DNA of 64,000 nt from Tubulanus polymorphus (Eukaryota > Animalia > Nemertea). The translations under genes were made by a program, and so were the position numbers. Below, piece after piece: positions 11,761 to 25,485 of the stretch; the stretch's first letter is position 1, and every line of letters begins with the position of its first letter. The notes under the pieces are model-generated. The model was not told where the DNA came from. It worked only from the letters and a program-made list of their open reading frames with translations, and did not search any database. The DNA lies in contig NC_134028.1 of the NCBI RefSeq assembly GCF_964204645.1, positions 20,149,245-20,213,244 on the forward strand. The letters run 5' to 3'.

Positions 11761-13524
11761 AATAAACCATTTTACAGTTGCTAGCCGCCATTTTGTTAGG
11801 GTACTTTTGTCCCGTATTGTTGGGTCATTTTTTTCGTTTTTTTAAAAACTATCCGTGATGTGTATTGTATCATATTTCATCTGCCCATGGATGGATTTTG
11901 ACAACTTCAGCAACATTCAAACCGCATAAATCTCTAGTTTTCAGTTATGTAAAAATCATTTCTCAAATTTACAACAATGCGACATGAGAGCGATATAAAA
12001 ATCGGTGGTCAGTTTTTGCCGTGCGCATAGAAATCCAGGGTACTGAAATTTGAAGTTCGTTATTTTCAGAAATAATTTTCTAAAAAATCCAAACATTTCA
12101 AGCACTGTGCGCATAAACGCCCCCTTTCAGGTGAACTTTGAAATTTTAAGATATCTTGCCTAGTTTTTTTCGTATGACACTTTAACTGCAGCGCGTGTAT
12201 TGTCATTCCGAGATTCGGCGCTGTTTTCTTTGCGTGTATTTCAGTATATGGGTGTTATTTCTTCATTTTCACTACACTTGTCTCTACGGAAAATGGTTTT
12301 AATTGTTGGTACGAGTATCAGGTTTAAATATTACGGCATTAATACTGTATTCCGTTCTCCGGCGCTAGTTCGTAATGGCTGTAATGGTAGCCGCTTTTAC
12401 GGCAGGCAGAGGCTTACGTACATGCACCCAAGAAAACCCAAAATATCACTCTTTTGTTGTAAATGCAATCCACACACTTCTTGCGTTTTTGTGATGGTAG
12501 ATGTCACTTTTTACTTTTTATCACGTGCGTCTGACATTCGAACTTGATACTTGATATTTCACCACCAAAACAAGAAAGTTTTCCTATATTTTCTTCCCAA
12601 TCTAATCAATCTTGTGTGTACTTAATACAAAGTATTCATAGAAAGTAGCTGAATATTTGCCCCACCCCATTTGTCCAGCTTTTTGACCACTTCTCCATCC
12701 ATCTAATTTCAGTAGATTTTTATGTAAATTTATTGATAGACTACTGATTTAAATGGTCATCATACTCGATTTTGAGTGATATATTTCTTTTCTTCTTCCA
12801 TCTCAATATAGGCCCATATATTCTCTTCCCGCGCGCAACTTCGAATGCGTGATCAAAATGCCGCTCAGTCTCGCTGCTAAAACTGGTCAGAAAAATCCCT
12901 TAAACCCCAACATCTCTAATGTCTTCCACCTATTATATTGCATAAACGACGTGATATTTAAACCTGATACTCGTACCAACAATTAAAACCATTTTCCGTA
13001 GAGACAAATGTAGTGAAAATGAAGAAATAACACCCATATACTGAAATACACGCAAAGAAAACAGCGCCGAATCTCGGAATGACAATACACGCGCTGCAGT
13101 TAAAGTGCCATAGGAAAAAAACTAGGCAAGATAACTTAAAATTTCAAAGTTCACCTGAAAGGGGGCGTTTATGCGCACAGTGCTTGAAATGTTTGGATTT
13201 TTTAGAAAATTATTTCTGAAAATAACGAACTTCAAATTTCAGTACCCTGGATTTCTATGCGCACGGCAAAAACTGACCACCGATTTTTATATTGCTCTCA
13301 TGTCGCATTGTTGTAAATTTGAGAAATGATTTTTACATAACTGAAAACTAGAGATTTATGCGGTTTGAATGTTGCTGAAACTGTCAAAATCCATCCATGG
13401 GCAGATGAAATATGATACAATACACATCACGGAGGGTTTTTAAAAAAGAGAAAAAAATGACCCAACAATACGGGGCAAAAGTACCCTAACAAAATGGCGG
13501 CTAGCAACTGTAAAATGGTTTATT
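11761..13524. mobile_element. Large foldback element with about 575 bp near-perfect TIRs
   Basis: 11761-12335 is the reverse complement of 12950-13524 with only scattered mismatches; termini AATAAACCATTTTACAGTTGCTAGCCGCCATTTTG; spacer about 610 bp with no recognisable ORF. Confidence 0.9.
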
Positions 13525-13849
13525 ATTATTCGTTTGCTAACATGACAACTTGAAAGACTCTTTGAACTTATGAATAGAACGTCGTGTGTTCGTGTAAGAG
13601 GATACCTGCTTTTAGACTCCAGAGAAGATTATTTTGTTGTTTTTCAAATACAGACAATTTCCCTAAACATTAGAATGCAATATGTCAGCAGATGGAAAAA
13701 ATAGCCGAAGCATTTTGAGCAGTTGTGTCGTTTCCATCGGGTATTGTTGCATCTACTGACATGATTTGAGTCACTGTTTAACTTCGGGTTTTTCTTTGAT
13801 GCCGAAAAAACCGTTACAGTAATGTTTATATACGTTGATAACTACCGTG

Positions 13850-14150
13850 CGGATTTAAACGGTACTGCGTGAGTCGATGTGCGCACTACGTCATCAAAAT
13901 GCATTTAAAATAGTAACCTCAGTTAAGAATTGATGCGTTTATTTTGTAATGAAATATATACTTCATGACTCTTAATTTCTATTCGATAAATTTGCCTGTC
14001 GTTTTAGTGATGAATTTTGAGCGGATGTGCTTAACGTCATCAATACTGGGGCTAGACCAATTCAATTCAATTGTCGAAATATTCAAATTCAAAATGAATT
14101 CATCGATCGTTGATATTGAAAAAGGCTACAATAAACCTCCAAGTTAGTTG
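13850..14150 (+). repeat. Dispersed repeat family (other copies at about 19500-19865 and, partial, about 1750-1830)
   Basis: Shared blocks GCACTACGTCATCA, TTTTGAGCGGATGTGC, TCAATA(C/T)TGGGGCTAGAC, TTCAAATTCAAAAT, CAAGTTAGTT. Confidence 0.7.
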
Positions 14151-14579
14151 TCTTGTATCGTCAATGCTGAAGCGAATGGTCGATTGGGATTAAACGGCCG
14201 ATCTCAAACATATCTAGATCGTCATGCGCAACAATAGCGTTGTTTTCATCGAATTAATTGATATTTCCTGTATTCTTCATATCTGTATTTGCAGATGCCC
14301 TATGAAAACAATACTCCTCATACACTGATGACCTCTGATTATAGATTAATGGCATGCACGCGCTAGTTTGCCGTTGGATTCAATTTGCGTGGAATAGGCC
14401 TATTGCTTTAAATTAATGTGTGAAACATCAGGGGAAATCTTTAAGGGGGTGTGGGGGTTGAAGTTAAACCGTAAATGAATTAAGTCTTTGTTTGATTTCC
14501 GAGCTTCTTATTTCATTTATATATAAGGGTCACCAGATAACACAACGATTGCGTCGAAATATACCACTACACTCAAAAG

Positions 14580-14750
14580 GAGCGGAGAGAAAGCCAGTGA
14601 AACCAAGAGAGAGTAGAGAGAGCCAGTGAGAGGAGGTGGGGGAGAGAGAGCGAGAGAGTAGAGAGAGCCAGTGAGAGTGAGTGAGAGAGAGAGAGGTGGG
14701 GAGGGGAGAGCGAGAGAGCGAGAGAGGTTGGAGAGCATGTGAGAGTGAGT
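14580..14750. repeat. GA-rich polypurine low-complexity tract
   Basis: Repeated GAGAGAG/GAGCCAGTGAGAG units. Confidence 0.85.
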
Positions 14751-15699
14751 GTACATTCAGATGGTGGTGAAATTCCTACAGCCTCCAGGCAGCCACTTAA
14801 GTGTTAATGGAAAAAAACTCTTACTCTTTCGACCGTCTTGTGTAAGGACCTGTGGTTATTTAGTATTAATTATATTTAGTAAGGGAAGAATCCGGTGTAG
14901 ATATTTAAAGCTGATATTGTTTGCCCGTGGTGATTGCTGTTACCGGGGCCACATCGCATGCGCTCCGCAAAAAATAACCCATGAATAAATTTCATCGCAT
15001 ATATTTCCATTTATGTTGTGTACGTATTACACATGAGTGAATAAAGAGGGCGCTGTCAGAAGAAGTGGTCACTTCAGACGTATTTGCCTCAGTAACGAGG
15101 TACGTGTGTAAAGCATACATTACTGGTGAAGCTGAACAAATTGTTTTGTCGCGTATAGCTCACCACGAGGGCGGGAAGGATTGATGAAAATTCGACAATA
15201 ATTTGGGTGTCAATAAAAATGAGGAAACGAAGAACCTCTTCGATAATGGGGAATATGAAAAAACTCTTCTAGCAGTTGGTAAAAAGGGACTGTGGATTTC
15301 TTTGCCGCCTGCGACCTTTGCTGTTTTGAAACTCGCTGTTTGAAGCTGACATTCAGAATCACTTTCTTCTCCCGTGAAAACGTACGACGTAAAAATAGTA
15401 CGTCGTGTATGCGATTCTCCTGGTGAATCGGATCGGATATTAATGTTTAGTAGATTAATCAGTTTCTAAAGGTTTCACTTTCAGTCCTTCTTTCTATACA
15501 AAATTCCATCAATAGAGAAATCTATCATTAGACACAGACGAAACGTCATTGGGGTTTGGGCAACGTCTCGTTTACGGTTCAATCTATTTCACTATAGAGG
15601 GAAACCCTAGACAGCATATCCGTGGGCGCGCTTCGGTTTTCGTGACTAGTCGAATAGCACACCAGTTCGGTCTTAACACATTTGGCAGCGTTGACTATT

Positions 15700-15782
15700 T
15701 CCGGACTATAGTTCAGGCTGACTGACATTCGGTTTCACTTTCGACTATAGTCGACTAACTCCGATAACCGAAGTTCGTCCTG
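15700..15782. repeat. Dispersed repeat, inverted copy at about 44816-44910
   Basis: CTGACATTCGGTTTC...TCGACTATAGTCGA...AACTCCGATAACCGAAGTTCG(T/C)CCTG is present in reverse orientation at 44816-44880. Confidence 0.65.
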
Positions 15783-18628
15783 TGTGCGATCCATGAGTCT
15801 AAAAAATGTCTTGATTCGTAATACTGGTTGATGGTGAGTTCGGCTATCGGCCTCGAACCGAGATGAAATGACAGTAGTCTGAAGTTGTTCGATTGGCTAT
15901 CGAACCGAAATTTGCCGCGACTGGATAGCTTATTTGATTGGTTTTTTAACACAAATGAACTGAGACTGGTTTTAAATTCAAGATTTGACTTAGCAGCTGA
16001 TCCCTGTTCCTTATAGATTTAACTCATAACTCCCTCAAAATTGAAAGTTGATTCATTTTCATCTCTATTTCGACCCGTTCCGAGTGGGTTTTTTTGTGGA
16101 AGGCCCAACGCAGATCTTATTTCATCACTCCCTCAAACGTCAAATAACTGTGGTTTCATAAAGTTCGGGACTTACGAAATAGCTTTGAATAAAGCGATGA
16201 CAACCACCTGAACACACGTATTGTATATGATATTGTGAACCTGCTTTCCTCTGCTTCAACGCAATTAATACTCAACTACTCATGTGAAAACATCAAATTA
16301 TTCCGTTTTACGTGCGCTTTATTTGATGCTTAAGTTTCATTCTCGAGCTCAATTTTTCTCTTTCGATCTATAGCACGAGTTGTCTACGTGTGATCAACTG
16401 TTTTTACAAATGTCAATATGCCTTATTGTGAATATTCAGCCCTAAGCCAGGAATTCTAAGGGGTTTCATACATACTAACCCTAAAAGGCATCAAAGTTTT
16501 AGCCCTTTATCTATATAGCTTGACACTAGGACTCGAACGTGGAACCTCCAGCGTGCAATGCTAGCGTACTGACCACTATATATAGACTTACCCAGTGATC
16601 TGGTCCAACGTCTTTTTGATGGAAAAGTGTGACTTCATCCATCATCGTGTTCCCGAAGTCAGTATATATAGATAATATATAGATTATATTCAAAATACGT
16701 CGGTAACATTCATGGACTTTCGTAAATTCATTATGTAGTATTTGATGAAATATTGTATAGCAGTGGAAATCGTGTGTTATTGACAAGTCAACCTTATTGT
16801 GAACTTACTACGAATACTAAGGGGATGGAGATGTTCTAACGATATGTTATACAGCATTTCAGGCAGAAATAAAAATATGAAACTGTCGGCTGACCGGAAT
16901 TAGTGCCGAGTTGGAGGAGAATTCACGGCAAGTATCTGCAAGTAACTATGGACACTAACGTTTGCATCAACAACACCGTTATAGCATTAATAATTCTCAC
17001 ACGCTCGATACGTTGTCGTTTTCGTTCCTTGAGATTTTCAGCTTTCTGAAATTTCTGATTTCTCGGTCGCCTTGTCGCAAAGATAGAGACTGCAAAAACG
17101 AACACTACATTAAGACTTCACAAAAGTTTCATCGCCGTGTTAAAATACTTCGAGCCAGATTTTCTTAAATATCAACGCGACGAAGAGCTTGCGTTTAGTA
17201 TTAAGTTTTGTATAATGGATCGCGTTCAGCTGGAGGTGAGGTCCGTGTATACGGAGAAATCTTAGTTTTGTCGGAAGCTCAATAAATTCAACTGCCTCGT
17301 CGTCAGGTCACTGTTTGATGCTACCAAACTGCTCCATTGCGTAACAGCTAATGGTCAACCATTAATATACGGTTATCATCCCCTTTTCTCCCCGCTCCCA
17401 GATAGTTTTTTTGTGAGAGCATATTCTCAAAGGTTTGCCTTGTGTAAACACGTTCTCCCTTTCACATATACTTCTCTCTCCACCGTATCACCGTATCCAG
17501 CTTAGACTATACCTGACTTGGGATGAGTACATACCTCATCCTGGCCCTGATGTCTCCTGTGCTTGGTTTTTATAATTTCACAGGCATGATTGATGGTGAT
17601 ATATTTCACTGGGCGCTCGGCGGTCGTATTGCTCGGCAAAGACCAACCTTACCATCTTAATCATCCAAATGCAAATTAATTTTAAAAATTCTAACATCTC
17701 GCTTGCGCGCGATCGCGGAAATAAGAAAAAACTTCGACTCCCGTAATTTCCTGACAACCCGTGAACCGAATACTAATCCACAAACTGAAGAGTCGAATTT
17801 TGAATTAATTTGAATCACAATTAAGTCGCTATTAATTTCACTAAAAGTTGCCTTTGATGTTTTCGAGAATTTTCCATACAAAACGAAGAAAATTATCGAA
17901 TCGAATCAAATCCCTTGTAAAATTACGATTCCAACAAATTACGAAAATGCTCGTGAAAAACTGCGCATCGAATTAGATATTAGTCCGTTTGGTAAACTGA
18001 TTAATCTTACACGCTAATTAGTCCTAGAGTATGAATTATTTCGTGGTGTCGCTGATGACAATGCGACGGAAACGTAGATTTTATATGTTTTGACGACTGA
18101 TGTGGTTTGTTGTATAAAGAGATTTGTACGGTTTCACTCCGACAGCCGCCTCGAGGTGTGACGTATAACAGCAGTACAACTCGACATCAAGTAAAATTCC
18201 TCACAAACCAGATACTATATAGTACCGGTATCAATTACTGCAAGGACCTCCTTACTGGAGCACCCCATTGCTGGGAAACTCCGTAATGGGAAAGTAGCCT
18301 TTCTAATAAAGTGCCATTTCGAGAAGAAAAACCAATGCTAAAGTATCCATGAAAGTTTATTGAATAAAAAGACATGGCTAGTGGGACAAAAATGGCTCTG
18401 TTTCGCTAAACACAATTTATCTATAGTGTATGTATCAAGTCAACTTTTCTCAGAGAAAAAGTGGTCCTTAATCTTAAGATTGGTCTCAAGTCGTTGGATA
18501 GGTCATAGCACGAAACTGGCGGGCTGAGACTGGTCTTCTGTCGTTATAGACTGGCTTTAGAACTAAAGCTTTCATGGCTATGGTTCCCTTAGTCTAGTCT
18601 AAATCAACTGGCAACCGGCCCCAGCATC

Positions 18629-18772
18629 AGGGGCCAGTTGCACAGTCGCAACTTAAGTCCAAAAGTGGTTTTAAATCTTAAAACTGGTCTAAAGTTGTTA
18701 GATTGGCTATGGAACTAAGTTGGTCTAACCAGACTGGTCTAAAGTCTAAGACATGACGATGCAACCGGCCCC
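18629..18772. mobile_element. Short MITE of an abundant GGGCC(A/G)GTT family (also about 10460-10567, 46550-46661)
   Basis: GGGGCCAGTTGCAC ... TGCAACCGGCCCC termini with internal ACTGGTCT(T/A)AA repeats; another copy ends at about 18622. Confidence 0.6.
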
Positions 18773-21015
18773 GGGGTTCTCTTTCAAAATGCATTCTTCT
18801 GTTAAGATAGTCCAAAATTTTTGGTAAATCCTAGAAATATAGATAAGGACACCTCCTAGCGTTTGATTATAGCTCGGTGCAGATCGGCAGTGAATCTGTT
18901 TCCCTGTAATATTTGTGTCGAACACTGAACTGTGAAATCAAACAAATTACACAATATTACGTTATTACAGGTATCCAATGATCATATAACTGTGTCATCA
19001 TCGACTCGAATTGTTAAATGCTTGTAATTACTAATTCAGTCCTGTGCACCCGCGGGGTAAATACAGTATTCAAATTACTGAATCTCAGGACCCACAAACA
19101 TAATAAACATCACTGACTAACGACGACATCAGATTAATCGTTATCATCTGTGTAATTTGACGGTATAACTCGGGAGGGATGTTATTGAGGAGAGAGGATG
19201 GAGAGTTAGAGAGATACAGGATTCACTGATATGTAAAGCAAACGATTCATACGTCGTGGAAGTTTCGTACATTATTGTTATACATCAAGGGAGGATATCT
19301 TAGTACACGATAATGCTAACTAGTACTGTTTATACATAGGTATATATTAGTGTTCATTGTTACATCTCTTCAATTCTTGAAAGGCATAGATTGAAGCCAC
19401 TGCCTTCATCTCGAGTGTGACATTTAATTGGCGTACATGTCGAAACCGGTTTTCTGACGCCGTCAAAACCGTACAATGATGTCTTTCTATCCATATATAG
19501 GTTTTGTGTGAGTCCAAGTGCACTACGTCATCAGTATTGGCGTTTCAAAATAATAGATTTACAATTATAAATTTTGAAGTTAATTTTGAAATCAAATGTA
19601 TTTCTAGACTCTTATTTTTCTATTCAATATTAAGGTTCATCTTTTATTGATAATATATTTTGAGCGGATGTGCCCGACGTTGTCAATATTGGGGCTAGAC
19701 TGGTTACCGGTCAGTACGATTCAATTGTCGGTACTTTCAAATTCAAAATAAATCTATATTGATACTAAGCATTATATACTATAATTCATTAAAATATGAT
19801 AATGTAAGCAATATATCGTTTCATTTTTCTTCTAGGCGTCACTAAACTTTCAAGTTAGTTTTCTTGTTACCAGGACAGTCCGAATTTGATGTATTCGGTC
19901 AATCGATAAATGGATAGTTGTTTATTTGTTGTCTCGACGTAAACGTGATTTCGAAGACTGTGCTCGCATTAAAAAAGTGATTTTACGTATACACTATTAC
20001 AGGGTGCCACGACTACGAAATATTGTCCTGCAATATGTTGTTACAATGACTTATTGGATTCTATTTTCAATATCTAGTCAGACAAATAATGGGCTAGGCC
20101 TACTCGACACTAGTCTTTCATCACTTGGAAGTTAAAAATTAAATGTGTACAACACGAATTTCATTTTGTTGATGGCGTCTAAAATCATCACCGACATCCA
20201 CATCTTTCCGGTAGTAACATGATTGAGTCTAAACATTTGTGTTTTCCTCAAAAGTTTATTTTCTTTTTCTGTTCGCGGTCAAATTGAATTACATCGATGT
20301 CTTTGCAATATGTGTCCCCATTCAATAAGCTACTACTTATGCCCGTGGGTGGCTGTTGTTGGACGGGCCGGGTGTTGTGTGGGTTGCTATTACATAGAAC
20401 CGTTTTCTTTTCCCCGATCGTTAAAAACGTGTCGTTATCGAAATTGAAATCTAAGAAACGTGGATTAGATGTATTTTTTTTCAGTATATAAGTAGTATGT
20501 AATTTAGTTTTCACGTTCAGATCGGACACTCGTTACTCTATAATTACACACGTGAAGCGTTGCTTCGGGACATTAACTGGACATCATCCATAATGCTCAA
20601 CCATTCTACCCTGTCCATATCGCCGTGTCAACTTGCTAAGGTCGTTTTTGAAGTGGGTTATCGCGCTCAGGTTTTGGCGGTTAAATAATTATGTACGCAC
20701 GCAGCTAACGTAATATCTATATGATATTTGTCCTGTCCACACGTTTAACGAAATTCACTCATCAACCTTTTCCACCACAACCTTTTCCTGAGGTTTATAC
20801 TCTTAGGATTCAATTCAAATGAATTTTCATATCATTTCAGTTTAGGCTACATTAAACCCAAGTCACTGTACTTGGTTTCAGGTCAACGTACAAGAAAGAA
20901 TTGCAGAGTTTAAAGATCGACACTCGCGACGACTATTCGACAATTGTTTGCTTGATACACAATCTTGAGATAATCTTATATAAAAATTCATATCAATATG
21001 TTTTATTATCAGTCA

Positions 21016-21016
<1 letters not shown>

Positions 21017-21057
<41 letters not shown>
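21017..21057. repeat. (TA)n microsatellite
   Basis: Pure AT dinucleotide run. Confidence 0.95.
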
Positions 21058-21059
<2 letters not shown>

Positions 21060-21357
21060 TTATCAGTTCGTGGCATTTGAATTAACATTCATATTGTTGT
21101 TCTAGATGCTGTCAATTGCGCCATTTTTACCAAATTTTTCAAAAAATTTCTGGCCCAAGTCAGATATAGCATAGTATAGTGCCTTGGCGTAGAGTTAATA
21201 AGTTGTGCGGTTAATGTATCAGCGCATTAATACATTGGCGCATGAATACATTGATAATTGGGTATTAATGCGCGGCAAAGGAACAGTTCATGTACAGGTT
21301 GACCGACGACTAGTGACAGTTGACAACTGTTGGTTGTTTGTTGGTTGGCCCATTGGA

Positions 21358-21551
21358 GAGATGATAGAGTGCATATCTCACCCGCTGGTTGACGGTCGAC
21401 GGATGACACGATGCAATGTTGTCGCCAATGTACAAGGATCGTGGTGACAAAAATGAGAGACGATAGAGTGCATAGACCTATATGATCCGCTGGTTGACGG
21501 TCGACGGACGACACGTCGCAATGTTAACGCCAATGTATGTAAGGATCGTGG
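21358..21551. repeat. Imperfect tandem duplication, period about 105 bp
   Basis: GATAGAGTGCATA...CCGCTGGTTGACGGTCGACGGA(T/C)GACACG...GCAATGTT...CGCCAATGTA...AAGGATCGTGG occurs twice. Confidence 0.8.
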
Positions 21552-24189
21552 GTTCACTGGTTGACGGGTGACCACAAAACACAAACAAACAAGAGAAGTA
21601 AATAAACAACGTATTAATGTATTAGGTTTTCTTTACGAAATGATTACACAATGAAATTTAGTTATCATCGTCATCGTTGTTATCAGTTTCGGCCTCAGTT
21701 TGCGCTGCCTGAGTCAGTAAGTCTCTCAGAAGCTCTATGTGAGGATGTTCAGCTATGCATAAGTCCATTAGTTGGTCAGACACCCCGGTGGTATACAGAA
21801 TTTCGCGGTATAAGTGTCCTGATTTATTCCGGCACTTTTAAGCTGCGTCGCATCAGGTCCCAATGTCTCCGGTGCCGGTTCATAGAAAATGTGTCGAGTA
21901 GCGTTGCGCATTTTGCGGTTGGTATACCTACCGAATCCTGCACTCTCTCGTGCTTGCAGTTCAACTGAAATTGAAATAACGATACTGTGGTCAACATAAT
22001 AATGTGGATTGCTTAGATTAATTGCGATTGTTGTAAAATGTAAAATAACATGTAATTAATTTGAAGTGAGCATAGCGTACCTATAATTTGTTGAGCTAGA
22101 GAGCCTTTTGTATGTCGCTGTATTTGGCGGCTGTCGACTAAAGGGCCTGGTGTTTGGTCACGTGGTGTGTTTGGTGTATGAGGTTAATAGATCGTTGATA
22201 GTTAATTTGTTGGTTGGTAGATACGTCGACACGTTGACACATGGAATGTTAATGGCTGGCGATATGAATGTGTCGACATGACAACTTTCTTTGGGATACA
22301 CATAAACCGAACAACGCAGTTAGCATACGCGAAGGAACTATTCTATGCAATACCCTACTTGAGCCAAATTGCTTTAGTCGAGGGGGGACACCCCCTCGAG
22401 CTCCCGCTGCGCGGCTTGCTGTTAAAGGTAGAAGTCACTTTTTGCCCATGAATTCCTGTTCGGACCCCTGCTTTCTTTCAATTCTAGATCTGCCCCTGGG
22501 ATGTTGTCACGTGAATTTCCACGTCACATTGAACTCATCCCAGATGGTGTCACATAGTATTTCGTATCGACCCGGTTTACACCCGGCGTAAGTTTACCGC
22601 AAGAACATGAATAATATATCTACGTAGATTAGTATTCCAGTCTTACGCGTTCAATCAGTATAAACAAATACGCACGATATTAGTACAAATAATCGTCGAT
22701 TACTTCAATCTACAAAGCGAGACAACTTTAGGCTCGGCTTATACTGTTTTTGCCTATATAAATGTACCTATTAGGATGATTAGATAGATTTACTTCAGAG
22801 AACTAACGAGTTACTCCCGAATTGATATTTACCGTATCTAAATAAATTATCCGACAACATTTCAAATAGTCGTTTTGACACAGGGGAAATCATCATTCTG
22901 TTGTTTTTAACACTACTTTCCCAAAGCACGTCGCCTTCGATCCTGACCTTCGTACTCGTCGAAGCCTTTTTATCTAATTCTCTTTAATTAATTCTAATCC
23001 GAATTAGATTTCGCCTTTAGAAGTTAAAAGTTTATGTACACATGTTTTCGTTTTCTCTATAATTCCGTAAAAATCGAAATTCTTTCCTTTTGAACTAAAC
23101 GAGATGGATTCACTTTAAGAATGTTTTTTTTTATATGACCTTTGACGAACGTAAAAAATTTGCCATCTTCTTTCGGTAGGGATATTTTTAAATTTTCCAT
23201 CGGAATTCGCAGGGGCCGCGTTTTAATGAATTCGACATAAATGATATTACGATATAACGAAATCGTGATAAAACATTGATTGAATATGAGACCAACCATA
23301 TACACCCCCCCCCCCGTACCAGCGACCTCTTCGGCAAAAGAAGTGAAAAGGAGAAATTATAAGTTATTAACCATTCACGATGAGAATTGGTATTTGCACG
23401 GCTAAGCTTCTAACGCTTGCGCGGCGACGCTGGTCTCTAATCCCAATGGGTAACGATACGATATTCAATACAAAACATCTCCATAATTCAGTATTTCCAG
23501 TAACGGCGTCGTCATTTTTGACCGACGGTCCGTTACCACTGGTTATTAGCGCACTCGTGACCCCGAGAAGTAAAATAGCTCCGATATCTCAGCGATCCCT
23601 CGTGATTTTCAATCCGCTGATAGCTCATGGTATATCTTGATATATCAAACGCGTAGAACGAGAACTATTTGACATTAATTTGGAATCATTGTGACAAGAA
23701 GCGGTAGCAGCCTAAAGGTTCTCATCAGAATAAGCTGACTTAGTCCACAATTACTTCACCGTTCAAAACATATTTTGCAAAGGGTTTCTAAATGTGAGAT
23801 TTTCCACGGGCCGGAGCCCTGCGAGTCTAGGGGTCAGATGAATATTATCACTTCGAAACTTTTCTGCAGTGTCCATGGGTGATATAAGAGAACCGTTTGA
23901 ACCATTGTCCATCGACTGGTTCAGGGCTGATGAAGGGTCCCTAAGTCTGGGGCCCGTAAATTGATTAATGGGGCGGCGAATAAATAGTTACACGTAAATG
24001 ACCTTTCACGATAATAGCAATAATATAATGCATTATTTAAAAACGCTTCCTCAACCATATTACCAAAGGGTATTTCTGAACGTCGGCTTAGTACAATCAA
24101 AAGCTTTATGTACCACCTACACATAAAAAGTTGTAAAACTAATAGCGAAACAACAGAATGTAAAAATAGAGAACTGCTGTTGGTTATTA

Positions 24190-24776
24190 GGCGCGTTCAC
24201 ACGACGTAATTTAGACCGGTCTAAATTTGGTCCGGTCCAATATAGACCGGACTAAGCGTTAACACGGGCAAAAATGCCGTTCCAATTTAGACCGGTCTAG
24301 TTTAGACCGGTCTAATTTGGCACGGTCTAAAAGAGCGAACCAGGTCCGGACCAAATTTTGGACCGGTCTAAATATGCGTGTGTGGACAGAAACTGGAACC
24401 AGGTCCGGTCTAAATCGTCATTCTGAATCTCTGCGGTAGATGTCGCAACCTCTGCGGTAGAGTGTGAGTCCAGTTTATTAAGTTTTAAATGCTTTTATTA
24501 CCGTTTATGTAATTATTTTTAAGTACTGTTTTTCCTCCCCATTCAATGGAAATGTTTGGAGCGTAATTCGTATTCGTATATCGCGATCATCATCCGTTTT
24601 ATTGCCGTGCTTTGAACCGTGTTTAAACGACACTTAGAGTTTCAGCATGATAGAATAACATCGAATTCGCAAAAATGTATAAACCTGACAGAGGATCGAA
24701 TTGGTCAAATGAAGAATGTCTTGCTCTACTTGGAATCTGGAAGCAAGACTTCATCCAGGCGCGATTAATTATTTAG
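24190..24776 (+). mobile_element. Truncated PIF/Harbinger transposon: left TIR, subterminal TAGACCGGTCTA repeats, and a fragment of the Myb/SANT-like accessory ORF (24675-24776)
   Basis: TTA|GGCGCGTTCACAC terminus; palindromic TTAGACCGGTCTAA units at 24210-24415; ORF MYKPDRGSNWSNEECLALLGIWKQDFIQARLII* matches helix 1 of the trihelix Myb/SANT domain (W..EE..ALL.IW....IQ..L). Confidence 0.75.
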
Positions 24777-25067
24777 CAGATGGCGACATCTTGTGCGCCC
24801 GGTGACAAGCGGATTTTATCACCGCGTGAGGGACAAGTCTCGTGTGTGACGTAATCTTATACAGATCACTTTCTTAATTTTACAGACAAAAGAAAGAGAC
24901 AAGAAACGTGTTTTTCGGTCGGAAGTTGTTTTGTTACAGTAACTTATCTGCGGTAGAATCGGATTGCTGTATTCACTGATCGGTTTACTAAAAACAACTC
25001 GATGATAGTCTCCTGCTATCAGACAACCCAGCTCAGTTTCGAGAAGAGGGCTTTCAAATATCATTTT

Positions 25068-25329
25068 CAGGCGCGGATCCAGAGGGGGTTCAGGGGTCGT
25101 GGCCCATCTCCCCCCTGCTCGGCTACCAAATAAATTTTGGAATCATTTTATTGAAGGAGTGTACTCAAGACAAAGCGGGCGAATAGTACTACATAATCGG
25201 TACCATATCATCTTATGTTTGGCCAAACAATACGCCGTATAGGCCCCGTATCGGAGATTTTAGTCGGGGGTTTAACATTTACATTCTTTATGAACCCCCT
25301 CCTGGAAAAAATGATGGATCCGCGCCGGC
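25068..25329. mobile_element. CAGGGGCGGATC-type (hAT-like) MITE; relatives at 3402-3699, 10219-10457, 49327-49580, 59824-60543, plus solo ends
   Basis: CAGGCGCGGATCCAG ... TGGATCCGCGCCGG termini with G/C-run subterminal boxes. No clean 8 bp TSD verified. Confidence 0.6.
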
Positions 25330-25485
25330 TTATAGGATTATCTTAATGCCACGGAATATGAATTTCGTGAGGCATACATAGAATAGGTGAGTTTTGAAGA
25401 GATTAATATTCACCGAGAACCGTAGAACTGGGTCCTGATAGCAAATCTCTCGTTCTCTGGCCTAAGACTTTAGGAATATGGACAT

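Noticed and set aside
14517-14756. Leu/Ser-rich hydrophobic ORF
   Set aside because: Translation of the GA/TC low-complexity tract.
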